Shown one piece after another: positions 1-9,391 of a stretch of 64,000 nt of DNA. Source of the DNA: a virus; the IMG/VR virus record IMGVR_UViG_3300016471_000988, positions 1 to 64,000 of that record. One strand, given 5' to 3'. The number at the start of each line of letters is the position of its first letter. Position 1 is the stretch's first letter. The notes beneath the pieces are model-generated. The model worked only from the letters and a program-made list of their open reading frames with translations, had not been told where the DNA came from and searched no databases. Made by a program: the position numbers and the translations under genes.

Positions 1-2001
1 TTACCGGCTCGGTTTGAGATAATTAACTTACCACAAACCGGCAAGTTACTTCAAGGTAATAAAATAAACATACTAGCCAGCAACACTATTGCTAATTCTG
101 CTATATTAGTTAATGTAAAAAAAGCATCAACCCCACAAGGTCCTTTCTTTAATATGACCCCCCCGGTATCTGCCCGTCTTCTTCCATTTAGTAATCCAGC
201 TGCTAATACAGGGTTTATTTATAATTTTGATGGTAATGGTAATAATACCGGTAAAATTAAACCTAATAATGATTTTAGAAGTGTTGCTGCAATAGGCGCG
301 GGGGCAACTTATTCTAATTTTTCTAAATTTGGTACTGGTAGCGTTTCACTCTCTATGACCCCTGCACTACAATTTAGCAGCAATTCCACCTTCAAACCTG
401 GAATAAGAATTTACGGTAACTTTTACTATACGGGCGCTTTTAATAATAGTTATATGGCAGGTGATTTTTGTATTGAAGGTTTTTTCTACTTCACCGATTT
501 TAGATCGTCAACTTATATTCATTACCCTTACGCTAATACTGCTACTATATTGGATCCAATATTATTTGGACTTTTTGATTATAATTATTTCAGTAATCGG
601 GACGTAGAAAACTACGGTCTTAATGTTAGAGCACATAGAACCTCAGGAAGTACTACTTTTATTAAAGCTAGTTTTGGTGAGTCAGTCAGTTCTTTTTCGC
701 AAGCACTAACTTCAAATACTCAATGTCTTAGTCTTAACACCTGGCACCATGTAGCCCTACAAAGATCCAACAATACATCTAAGGTTTTTGTAGATGGAGT
801 TCCTGTAATAACCAAAACGAATGATATATCTGTTTATACTTTTAGCGGTTACAACCCTATTAATTTTGGCGGGTACCCTTACATGTACGGAAGTTCCGGT
901 GAAAATTTTTGTAATTCTATGGTTCTTATAGATGAAATAAGAGGTGTATTTGGCGCTACCGTATATGACCCTGAAGGATTTTCTCCACCTACATCATCCT
1001 TAACTACATCAACATTTACAGTCTCTTCCTTTTATCTTAACCATACCATACAAAAAGATATAAAAGAAACAGAAAATGATTATTATAAAGTTTTTACTCT
1101 ACCTAACAACAGTATTCCTTATGTAAGGGAAATACCTTCTATACAAACTTTAGTAAGTACTGCTTCTACCATATCAGTTAGTCCTTCTGCAACTTTTATG
1201 ATACCCAGTTCAGGGAGACTTTTATTAGGATCTGAATATATTCATTACTCTAAAGTAGCCACAAAACCTTCAGGAGAACAAGTTCTTGAGATAAAAAACC
1301 GTAATGTAGGGGGTCTCGCTTCTCCTGGAGATATTAACCTTTACACAAACAACACATATACAAACATTTTTTCAATTAATAATAACTGCTCCCCTGCTCT
1401 TTCTCATTGGGGTACTTCTGTTATTATGGATGGATTATTTACTGAGGATAAATCTTATTTGTTTACAGCTTCCATGTCGGCGTTTGCATTTCCCGAGTCT
1501 ACCTTGATAGATGTTCCTTTGGTATCCATTAGACTTGCACCTGCAGCAGATTATGGGTTGGGGTCACCACTGGGCATAAGAAACCTTATCAACAGGTCAA
1601 TTATAACATTAAATGATATTCAGATAGTCACCAGACAAGCTGTAAGTATTACCGTGAAAGTAAATGCAGACTCACCTCTTTGGGCACAGTCCTCAAAATG
1701 GTTACCGGCCGGTAACGGTAGTATTTCACAATATATGGATCACTCCTTGCCTAGTAATGTAGCTCCAATTAGTGGTGGAGTTGTGGTATTCGGGTTTCTC
1801 GCCGGAGAACAAGAGGTAGGAAGAAACCAGGTCACACAATATCCTATAAGTATAATTAGAAATCTTGGAAATTCTATTCTTGGGGGAGATCGAGTTTATC
1901 CTGATGGTCCAGACATATTAACAGTTTTTGCTAGACCATTTACTAGCAGTTTAAGCAATAGAACGTTGGCTAAAATAAGCTGGCTTGAAGCTCAAGGTTA
2001 A
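1..2001 (+). CDS. 5'-truncated virion structural/fibre protein with LamG (concanavalin A-like) domain
   Basis: Frame is open from base 1 (LPARFEIINLP...), so the ATG at 154 is internal. WHHVALQRSNNTSKVFVDG and IDEIR are LamG motifs. The C-terminal SHWGTSVIMDG..DKSYLFT..PLVSIRLAP segment resembles T4-like cyanophage virion proteins as I recall them. Confidence 0.7.
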   Translation, partial: LPARFEIINLPQTGKLLQGNKINILASNTIANSAILVNVKKASTPQGPFFNMTPPVSARLLPFSNPAANTGFIYNFDGNGNNTGKIKPNNDFRSVAAIGAGATYSNFSKFGTGSVSLSMTPALQFSSNSTFKPGIRIYGNFYYTGAFNNSYMAGDFCIEGFFYFTDFRSSTYIHYPYANTATILDPILFGLFDYNYFSNRDVENYGLNVRAHRTSGSTTFIKASFGESVSSFSQALTSNTQCLSLNTWHHVALQRSNNTSKVFVDGVPVITKTNDISVYTFSGYNPINFGGYPYMYGSSGENFCNSMVLIDEIRGVFGATVYDPEGFSPPTSSLTTSTFTVSSFYLNHTIQKDIKETENDYYKVFTLPNNSIPYVREIPSIQTLVSTASTISVSPSATFMIPSSGRLLLGSEYIHYSKVATKPSGEQVLEIKNRNVGGLASPGDINLYTNNTYTNIFSINNNCSPALSHWGTSVIMDGLFTEDKSYLFTASMSAFAFPESTLIDVPLVSIRLAPAADYGLGSPLGIRNLINRSIITLNDIQIVTRQAVSITVKVNADSPLWAQSSKWLPAGNGSISQYMDHSLPSNVAPISGGVVVFGFLAGEQEVGRNQVTQYPISIIRNLGNSILGGDRVYPDGPDILTVFARPFTSSLSNRTLAKISWLEAQG

Positions 2002-2819
2002 TGATATTTACATGTCATTTTAATTTTTTTAAAAACCCTTACAGAGAGCAATTACTAAATAAGTTTACATCAACCTACCCGAAATGTAAGGTTATAGAAT
2101 ATAGCGATCTTAATAATATAATTTTTATTAAGGAAAACCTCCTTAACAATTTAATTAGTCAATGGATTGAAGAGACAGATTACGTTTTTTGGGTAGATTA
2201 TGATGTAGAGTTTATTGATAAGGATTGGTATAACAAGGCTATAGATAAATTAAATGAAGGTTTTGATATAATTCAGCCCTTTGATATGACGTTTCATGAA
2301 AATAAGCACTCAATATTAATACAGAAACAGCCTGGGTATGTATCCACAAAAAAAACTTGCAACACAATTTATGGGCATTGCGGGTTTGCATGGGGAATGA
2401 CAAAGAAAACGTTTTTACATTTAAAAGGACTTTATGAGTATAATATTTTTGGTACAAGCGATGGTGTTATGTCTAGTTGTTTTACACAATCACCTATTCC
2501 TTTGTTCCAAGACATTGAGCCATCTACACGAAAACTACCTTTTTACCCTTTTTCACAAGGTCACTGTAATACTATTCAAGAATATTATAAAATGTGTAGA
2601 GATCTTAAAAGTTCTTTTATCCAAGGAACCGTAATTCATAGATATCATGGGGAGTTGTGGAGACGAAACTATATTAATAGATATAAATTGTATGAGCAAA
2701 ATAATTTTGATCCCCAGCAAATGCTATTCAAAGAAAACAATATACTCAAAATAAAACCTGAATTTAGTAGTCTAAAAAAAGATGCAGAGGCATTTCTTAA
2801 ATTTAAGGAAACTATTTAA
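2001..2819 (+). CDS. GT-A fold glycosyltransferase-like protein
   Basis: YVFWVDYDVEF (DxD motif), IIQPF, GHCGFAWG, GTSDGVM, HRYHG; TAATG coupling to upstream gene. Confidence 0.7.
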   Translation: MIFTCHFNFFKNPYREQLLNKFTSTYPKCKVIEYSDLNNIIFIKENLLNNLISQWIEETDYVFWVDYDVEFIDKDWYNKAIDKLNEGFDIIQPFDMTFHENKHSILIQKQPGYVSTKKTCNTIYGHCGFAWGMTKKTFLHLKGLYEYNIFGTSDGVMSSCFTQSPIPLFQDIEPSTRKLPFYPFSQGHCNTIQEYYKMCRDLKSSFIQGTVIHRYHGELWRRNYINRYKLYEQNNFDPQQMLFKENNILKIKPEFSSLKKDAEAFLKFKETI

Positions 2820-3673
2820 TGATTGGTATTGTTATTAATACTGGTTATCATAACGCAACCGGGCTCTGTTTATACAAAATATTAAATGATTTAGGGGTAG
2901 ATGTCTCTTTTAAAATACTTAATAATAGGTTTAATTTTAGAGGCTTATGCGAAAAATATAACCTTAAAGTATCTGATTATGAAAAATACGATATGTGTTT
3001 TGTAGTGACAGAAAAAGAACAGGATTATGTACCTAATTTCTCATCACCTACTCTTAAAAATAATAAATTAATTTTTATTAATCATCGACCATTAAAAACG
3101 AATAATATTACACAAAAGTTTTTTCCTAAAAGCTTGAATTTAGCTAACGGTATCTATGAATCACCCTACAGTGATAATTATTTTTTGCAAGTTGAGTATC
3201 CATTTGCAGTAAATTCTCTTAAGACGGAATCTATAGGAGTAACCTGTAATTTCTTAAATAAAGGAGCTGACTTAAATCTTGTAGAAAATCTTAGGCACAA
3301 GCTTTCTTTGCCGATGACATTTATAGGTAGAGGAAGTAAAAACTTATCTGACAATTCTTATCAAGATTTGTCTCATGTAGAGCTGTTTGATTTGCTGAGC
3401 CGTCAAAAATTTTTATTATTACCTTATACTAATAATGAATATATTGATACTAAAATTAGCGAGACATATACTCATAGTATATCCTTAGAAATACCTTTAA
3501 TATGCTATTCAAAATTTATGACACCCTATAATTTGCCGCATTTAAGTTTAGATAATAAACTAGATTTAAATAGCTTTGACTATAATAATTTCTGCAAACA
3601 GGTAAAAAAATTTAAAGAAGACGCAGCTGTCTATAATAAAAATATAATCACAAAATATCTTGAAATGCTCTAG
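2819..3673 (+). CDS. putative glycosyltransferase (GT-B-like), hypothetical
   Basis: 284 aa. C-terminal KFLLLPY...SETYTHSISLEIPLI resembles a GT-B donor-binding region; context is a glycosylation cluster. Confidence 0.4.
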   Translation: MIGIVINTGYHNATGLCLYKILNDLGVDVSFKILNNRFNFRGLCEKYNLKVSDYEKYDMCFVVTEKEQDYVPNFSSPTLKNNKLIFINHRPLKTNNITQKFFPKSLNLANGIYESPYSDNYFLQVEYPFAVNSLKTESIGVTCNFLNKGADLNLVENLRHKLSLPMTFIGRGSKNLSDNSYQDLSHVELFDLLSRQKFLLLPYTNNEYIDTKISETYTHSISLEIPLICYSKFMTPYNLPHLSLDNKLDLNSFDYNNFCKQVKKFKEDAAVYNKNIITKYLEML

Positions 3674-4346
3674 TTAAGTCTATCTTATAATCAGTCTTTA
3701 TATTACTAAAGTTTATAAAAATATCTTTTAAATTTCTTGTTTCGCTTTTAATTGTTTTTGGAACTTCATTTTTATACTCTAAACCTATAAAATTAAAAAT
3801 TTTTTTTAAATTTTTATTGATAGAGTTATACTCATATACTTGATAATTTATTTTATGTTTTTTAATAAAATTTATTATAGTCATAATAGCTCTTCTCATA
3901 TTAAAGATATAATTATTAAACAAAAGATTGTTAAAAAAAAGTCTTTTACTAGACTTTAATTTTTTAATTTCTTTAGTATCATTAAAAGAATTAAAGATTT
4001 TTGCTAACTCATTTGAGCTGTATTGCTCTAAAATATTTTCTCTATATAAAAAAAGTATCTTAGTAGGTAAAATAAGATTAATTAAATTAAAATTTTCTAA
4101 ATTAATTATATCTTCTGCACTAACTGTATAGAGATAGCAAGTTTTTTCACCTAATTCGTCGATACGAAGTATAATGTTTTGTACAGTACTGGTATAAGCC
4201 TCTTTTTTCTTGTCTATACTTAAATTAATAAACGGTCTAAAGACTTCATTTTCAACCACTATATTGTTATTTTGTTGCAGTACAGATCTTAACATTGTCG
4301 ACCCACATCTCCGGGTAATAGCTAGCATTATAACGTCTTTAGCCAT
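3648..4346 (-). CDS. sulfotransferase (Stf0/NodH-like)
   Basis: 5'-PSB loop TRRCGSTML, ENEVF, and 3'-PB motif LFLYRENILEQYSS. Confidence 0.75.
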   Translation of the reverse strand: MAKDVIMLAITRRCGSTMLRSVLQQNNNIVVENEVFRPFINLSIDKKKEAYTSTVQNIILRIDELGEKTCYLYTVSAEDIINLENFNLINLILPTKILFLYRENILEQYSSNELAKIFNSFNDTKEIKKLKSSKRLFFNNLLFNNYIFNMRRAIMTIINFIKKHKINYQVYEYNSINKNLKKIFNFIGLEYKNEVPKTIKSETRNLKDIFINFSNIKTDYKIDLTRAFQDIL

Positions 4347-4361
4347 AATTAATAATAATTT

Positions 4362-5168
4362 ATGCGAGGATTAGAAATAACAACAGTTACAGGGTGTGGT
4401 ATAAACTGCTCTTACTGTCCGCAAGACGTTTTTGTAAAAGCTTATAATTCTAAGCAAAAAAAATTATCATTTGAAAACTTTAAGCATATAATAGATAAGC
4501 TTCCCAAAGATATTAACCTTCACTTTACAGGGTTTTCAGAACCTTTTTTTAATACAGACTGCTATAAAATGGCCGCGTACGCAAAAGATAAAAATTTTTA
4601 TACAAAAATATCCACCACCCTCTACAAAGCTAGTAGCGATAATATTAATTCTCTTATTGTAAGAAAAAGACTGTATGATAAAGTAATACTACATCTACCA
4701 GCAGACAATAACAATATGAATATAGTTGTTGATGAGAATTATATTAATAATGTAGAGAGAGTCATAAGCTCGTTAATACCTAGTGATTCAATAGTAATTT
4801 TTGGTAAAAAAATAAATCCTAAACTAAAATTTACTAGAAATTTAGCAAATATAAGTTATCTTTCCCTAGATTATAATAAATGGACTGGTAGAGCCGGTCA
4901 TTTAGAATATGAGCATAAAATTAACCATACTCATTTAGAAAAAATTAAATGCTCTAAAAACAGAACAACACAAAATGTTTTACTACCAAACGGTGATGTT
5001 GTATTATGTTGTATGGATTGGAAGCTGGAGTATAAATTGGGAAATCTTTTAACTCAAGATTATGAAGATCTTCATAATTCTGATGTATATAAATATATTA
5101 TTAAATCAATGTCAGATAATACAGCTAAAACTTTATGCTGGAAATGTGAGTATGCAACAGCCGCCTAA
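4362..5168 (+). CDS. radical SAM protein with SPASM/twitch C-terminus
   Basis: CGINCSYC, GFSEPFF, C-terminal C..VLLPNGDVVLCCMDW...CWKC. Confidence 0.85.
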   Translation: MRGLEITTVTGCGINCSYCPQDVFVKAYNSKQKKLSFENFKHIIDKLPKDINLHFTGFSEPFFNTDCYKMAAYAKDKNFYTKISTTLYKASSDNINSLIVRKRLYDKVILHLPADNNNMNIVVDENYINNVERVISSLIPSDSIVIFGKKINPKLKFTRNLANISYLSLDYNKWTGRAGHLEYEHKINHTHLEKIKCSKNRTTQNVLLPNGDVVLCCMDWKLEYKLGNLLTQDYEDLHNSDVYKYIIKSMSDNTAKTLCWKCEYATAA

Positions 5169-6114
5169 TTTTCCAGTAATTAAAAGTATATCTAATGATA
5201 TATTTGGAATTAATTTTGTTATTAATACTAAATGTAATCAGAGATGCAAATACTGTCATCCAAACTTTTATGAAGGTAGGTTTCCTGGGATTTTACCCGA
5301 AACTTATATTAATTTTTTTAATAATCTTGTAGTAGACAATCCTGTAATTCAGCAAAAAGCACAAAGAAAGATTACTATAACAGGCGGTGAACCCAGTTTC
5401 TATAAAGGCGTAGAAGATGTTATTAAGTGTCTCAAATCTCTCAATTTTCTAGTAGCTATGAACACCAATTTAGGAAATAATTTTGATTTTTGGGATAGAG
5501 TATCAGATACTATGGATATATTATACCCAAGTTTTCATCCTAGATATGCAAACATAGATCATTTTGAGAAAATAATTAATCTTTTTCTTAAAAAAAATAA
5601 ATTTGTTGAACTACATGTATTAATGGATCCGGAATATTGGGATAAAGCTGTAGAGGCTTCTAATTATTTTTTTAAAATGGATAATATAACCGTTAACAAT
5701 AAAGGAATTTTAGATATTAATATTAATAAAAAATATTTTATCAACACATACACAGAAGATCAAATTAATTTTATAAAAAATAATCCTTCAAATAAAAAAT
5801 TTGCTGTAAAAACTGATCATATAGTGGTAGAATGGTTTGATGGTAGAAAAACCAATTTAGATGCTCAGGAAATACTTGTAAATAATTATCATAACTTTAA
5901 TAAAATTTTTTGTCATGCTGGTAAGAACGCTTTAAATATAAAAGAAAGCGGCTCGATATATGGGGCCTGTTGTGGAATGAAGTATTTTGGTAATTTGCAT
6001 GAGACACCAAATTTAAGAATTAAGCTTAATAATCGACCAGTTCAATGCACTAAAACCGCTTGTCCTCATATTTTTGATATGAAAATACATAAATCATATG
6101 ATTTCTCTGTATAG
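5152..6114 (+). CDS. radical SAM protein with Cys-rich C-terminus
   Basis: CNQRCKYC, TGGEPS, NTNLG, SFHP; C-terminal CHAG..ACC..CTKTAC. Start reassigned to ATG 5152 (MQQPPNF), in frame with track ORF 5062. Confidence 0.85.
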   Translation: MQQPPNFPVIKSISNDIFGINFVINTKCNQRCKYCHPNFYEGRFPGILPETYINFFNNLVVDNPVIQQKAQRKITITGGEPSFYKGVEDVIKCLKSLNFLVAMNTNLGNNFDFWDRVSDTMDILYPSFHPRYANIDHFEKIINLFLKKNKFVELHVLMDPEYWDKAVEASNYFFKMDNITVNNKGILDININKKYFINTYTEDQINFIKNNPSNKKFAVKTDHIVVEWFDGRKTNLDAQEILVNNYHNFNKIFCHAGKNALNIKESGSIYGACCGMKYFGNLHETPNLRIKLNNRPVQCTKTACPHIFDMKIHKSYDFSV

Positions 6115-6720
6115 TGGGTTTATATCTTTAATTATCATTTTTCTGCAATCTCTATAATTAACTATAGGGGTGTAGTATTCACCTACTGTGATATATTCTT
6201 TTAACTTCAAAAGACCATTTATACATTCTCTATTATTAAGTTTATAATGATATCCAATGTCAAAATATATTTGTTGTTCTTTTTCTATTGTTTTATTATT
6301 AATATTTCTACCGTCAAATCTTAATTTATTAAGCTGTTTGTATTTTTCCTCATTATCGAGCAAAATTGCCCCGCCTCGACCTAAATCTAACGGTTTATTC
6401 TCGCCAAAACTTAAGCAAATATAGCTATCAGGAATATACATATTAGGAGTAAATTTTCTAGCACTATCCCATATGCTTGTATTGTGAAATTTATACATTC
6501 CGCTCCATTTTTCGAATATTAGATTAAATGATACATTTAAGTTTTTTAATAACATTGGTATACCAACATAAGTAAAACAAGTAAATTTAACAAAACTTGG
6601 ATTTAAAACTCTAAAACATAGTTCTAAGGCCTGTGTACATGAGCATGTCGTAATTACATATGGAGCTCCTGTAAATTTTGATATTTCTTCTTCAAATTTA
6701 AATATATCTTTAAATTTCAT
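6094..6720 (-). CDS. short DegT/DnrJ/EryC1/StrS-family PLP aminotransferase
   Basis: FEEEISKFTGAPYVITTCSCTQALELC, WDSA (PLP Asp), SFGENK (catalytic Lys), GRGGAILLD. Confidence 0.85.
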   Translation of the reverse strand: MKFKDIFKFEEEISKFTGAPYVITTCSCTQALELCFRVLNPSFVKFTCFTYVGIPMLLKNLNVSFNLIFEKWSGMYKFHNTSIWDSARKFTPNMYIPDSYICLSFGENKPLDLGRGGAILLDNEEKYKQLNKLRFDGRNINNKTIEKEQQIYFDIGYHYKLNNRECINGLLKLKEYITVGEYYTPIVNYRDCRKMIIKDINPLYREII

Positions 6721-7603
6721 AACTCAATATTTTGTTTTTAAATAATAAAAATTGGTTCAATCCATAATTTTCTTCTATTAATTTTCGGTATAAGTTTGAA
6801 TTATAAGTGGAGTTTAAATGTTTTTCTATTTCTCTTAAAGAATTATATGAAAATTTCTCAAAAACACAGCCTGGGTAATTTCTAACAATAGGTTTTATAC
6901 CTTTTACTAGTGCCTCTAAAACACAATTTGGTAGACCTTCAGATATTGATGTTGTTATCAAGTAATTTTTATCGTTTAAAAAAGTATTCATTTGTTCCTG
7001 TGTTTTAATGTTTTCATGGAGAGTTATATTCTTTAGATCATAGTGTTTTATAAAATCTAAATAAAGCTCTTTCGAAGGACCAGGCGATATGGCGCAGTGA
7101 AACTCATAGGCTTTAAAATGATTTGCCACCTCTATCAAGAAGTCTGGTGCTTTTCTATCTTTTAGCTCACCAACCCACGCAATTTTATTTCCAGGTTGCC
7201 TTGTCTTAAAATCCCATAAGCGTTCATCAATATAATTTTTTTCAATCTCTGAATCTATATTATATTTTATTTTTAATTTATTTTGTAAAAAATTATTTAA
7301 AGTATATACTTTTGTAAACTTATGTTTTGATTGAATAATTAGTGACTGTAAATTATCATAAAGTTCATGCCGTCTGAAAAATATAATATTTTTTCCCTTG
7401 CCGTTTGCTTTTAATATATATTGTAAACTATTACGTTCCGCAAATAAAAATATTTTGTTTGCATCAGGTGACATACTGTTTATTTCATCACTCTTACAAG
7501 GATCGATGAGCTTTGCATTGAATTCATTACAAAAGATGTCTTTATAAAAATGTTTGTAGGGAGCTACTATATAGTCAATAATCATTAATGTATTACTTAG
7601 CAT
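6710..7603 (-). CDS. GT4-family glycosyltransferase
   Basis: WVGELKDRKAP and TSISEGLPNCVLEALVKG (EX7E motif). Confidence 0.85.
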   Translation of the reverse strand: MLSNTLMIIDYIVAPYKHFYKDIFCNEFNAKLIDPCKSDEINSMSPDANKIFLFAERNSLQYILKANGKGKNIIFFRRHELYDNLQSLIIQSKHKFTKVYTLNNFLQNKLKIKYNIDSEIEKNYIDERLWDFKTRQPGNKIAWVGELKDRKAPDFLIEVANHFKAYEFHCAISPGPSKELYLDFIKHYDLKNITLHENIKTQEQMNTFLNDKNYLITTSISEGLPNCVLEALVKGIKPIVRNYPGCVFEKFSYNSLREIEKHLNSTYNSNLYRKLIEENYGLNQFLLFKNKILSYEI

Positions 7604-7609
7604 GAAATA

Positions 7610-7617
7610 TATAAATA
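7610..7617 (+). promoter_or_regulatory. T4-type late promoter TATAAATA
   Basis: Exact motif 6 nt before ATG 7624. Confidence 0.75.
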
Positions 7618-7623
7618 ATCAAT

Positions 7624-7839
7624 ATGGCCATTATACCTGTATCCACCTTGAAAGCAGCATTTGAATCCGGAGACACTCCCACCGGTTCAGATTTTGCCAA
7701 CTTGATTGATACCACCTACAACTTTCCTAATTCTGCAACGGGAGTGGTAACCGGGCTTACTCTAACGGTATCAACCTCAGGGATCCCTGTGTTATTGAAC
7801 GGGCAAACACTGTATATTCCACTGTTCACAGCTAGTTAA
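7624..7839 (+). CDS. small late protein, probable virion component
   Basis: 71 aa behind a late promoter; LKAAFESGDTPTGSDFANLIDT N-terminal motif; beta-rich C-terminus. Confidence 0.65.
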   Translation: MAIIPVSTLKAAFESGDTPTGSDFANLIDTTYNFPNSATGVVTGLTLTVSTSGIPVLLNGQTLYIPLFTAS

Positions 7840-7865
7840 ACTAGTCTTTTTTTATATTTTTAACC

Positions 7866-7894
7866 AAAAAAAGAGGCCCTTGCGGGCCTCTTTT
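7866..7894 (-). terminator. intrinsic (probably bidirectional) terminator downstream of gp23
   Basis: On the minus strand AAAAGAGGCCC-GCAA-GGGCCTCTTTT followed by more T; GNRA loop; T tracts on both sides. Confidence 0.9.
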
Positions 7895-7939
7895 AAACCA
7901 GGACATACTGGAAATTTTTTTGTCTCTACCGAGATTCGC

Positions 7940-9391
7940 TTAGAAGTACACCGACGTTGTCGCAGGTGTAAATCCTTGACCGAGTCCACTCAACAGAATG
8001 GTGTGGTAATACAGATTAGCGCCGAAGATATTATCGACAACGCCATAACGTGTTAGCAAGCCAACACGAGGACTGAAGTCGTTCGGGCCAATTGTACGCT
8101 GTACCATTACTGGAATGTATGGGCAATAAATGATACCGGTGTCATAGAACTCCGGACCCTTATAACCCAACAGAGCGTATTCAACGCGTGTTTGACGCAA
8201 GCCGCCCTCAAATTGGGCTTCTGTGCGTGTATCACGATAAACGTTGAATCTGCCACCTAGGTTACCAACCTTAGCCACGCCTACGGGTTGCGTATTGACG
8301 TTGCCTTGGACTGGTACCCATTGAAACTCAGGAAGCATCTCGAGGATCGCGCAAACGCGAGGTGTGGCAACTACAAAGTTGGCAGCACCACGACGGTTAC
8401 GAACCGCGATACGGTTGGCCTCGATGATTAGTCTCTGATAGAAGTCGCGATTGCGCTCTACCAACCAACGACCGTCCGCAGAAGCGGGCGACCAGATGGA
8501 ATACCCAGTGCCGAAACCGGCATTGAGGGAAACTTGGATCATGCGAACAATCATTTCACGGTCGATTTCGGCCTGCAGCTCATACGACATAGCGTTGGTG
8601 AGCTCGGTATCGATATCGATGCCGTTCATGTTCTTAAGATCCTGTTCGAGTTCTACCGACCAGCGGGCGGCGAGTCTACGAGTACCGGCCTCTACGGCTG
8701 TCTTCTCGAAGCTAACTTCGATCTGAGGGATTTTACCCGTCAGCTCGAATTGGCTGAGAAGTTGAGCAACGCCCTTATCTTGATCTACAAAAGAGAACAA
8801 GTTGCCATAAGGTCCAACAGAACCAGATAGCTGTGTTGAGGACGTACCCGTATAACGGGTGTCGAGGTACTGATAACCAAGCTCTCTTCCGTTCGAGGCA
8901 AGCTGCGGATTATGCAGATTGGCAGTTACGGAACCGTCAAGGTTACCTGTGGTATTGTAGCCCAGCGCATCGCTGAGATACTTGTAACGTAGAGCAAAGG
9001 CTAGTCCTACTGGACCACCCATTGGCTGTACGCCTACAATTTCATTGGTGATTAACTCGGGGAAGGTACGACGAATCATGGGAATGAGAATCTTGGGCAA
9101 ACGGGCATCGCCTGTAGCATACCAATCTCCGGCGCCACCAGGGGCTGCGTTACCGTAAGCACCTGTTGCATTACCGCCGAAAACTGAGCCTGTACCACCA
9201 GCAACGTTCGCTTCGTTTACACACCAAGCTTCTTGGTTTTCCAATAGCATAGCTGTGTTTAAACGAGTGTGATCGTCTTGGATGGCTTTGACGTTGTCAG
9301 AAGTATAGTCCAGAACTGGCTTCCACTTCTCAAGCAACGCTTGCGCACGACTCTCATCAATGTAAGACTGTGTAGGTCTGATTGATTTCAT
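7940..9391 (-). CDS. gp23: major capsid protein
   Basis: LLEKW, MLLENQE, IVGVQPMGGPVGLAFALRYKY, EKTAVEAGTRRLAARWSVELEQDLKNMNGIDIDTELTN, FYCPYIP-like IYCPYIP, TRYG; biased high-expression codon usage. Confidence 0.98.
   Translation of the reverse strand: MKSIRPTQSYIDESRAQALLEKWKPVLDYTSDNVKAIQDDHTRLNTAMLLENQEAWCVNEANVAGGTGSVFGGNATGAYGNAAPGGAGDWYATGDARLPKILIPMIRRTFPELITNEIVGVQPMGGPVGLAFALRYKYLSDALGYNTTGNLDGSVTANLHNPQLASNGRELGYQYLDTRYTGTSSTQLSGSVGPYGNLFSFVDQDKGVAQLLSQFELTGKIPQIEVSFEKTAVEAGTRRLAARWSVELEQDLKNMNGIDIDTELTNAMSYELQAEIDREMIVRMIQVSLNAGFGTGYSIWSPASADGRWLVERNRDFYQRLIIEANRIAVRNRRGAANFVVATPRVCAILEMLPEFQWVPVQGNVNTQPVGVAKVGNLGGRFNVYRDTRTEAQFEGGLRQTRVEYALLGYKGPEFYDTGIIYCPYIPVMVQRTIGPNDFSPRVGLLTRYGVVDNIFGANLYYHTILLSGLGQGFTPATTSVYF

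Noticed and set aside
8451-8830. Antisense ORFs (91 and 98 aa) inside gp23
   Set aside because: Shadow frames expected from the strong codon bias of gp23; no promoter or recognisable motifs.
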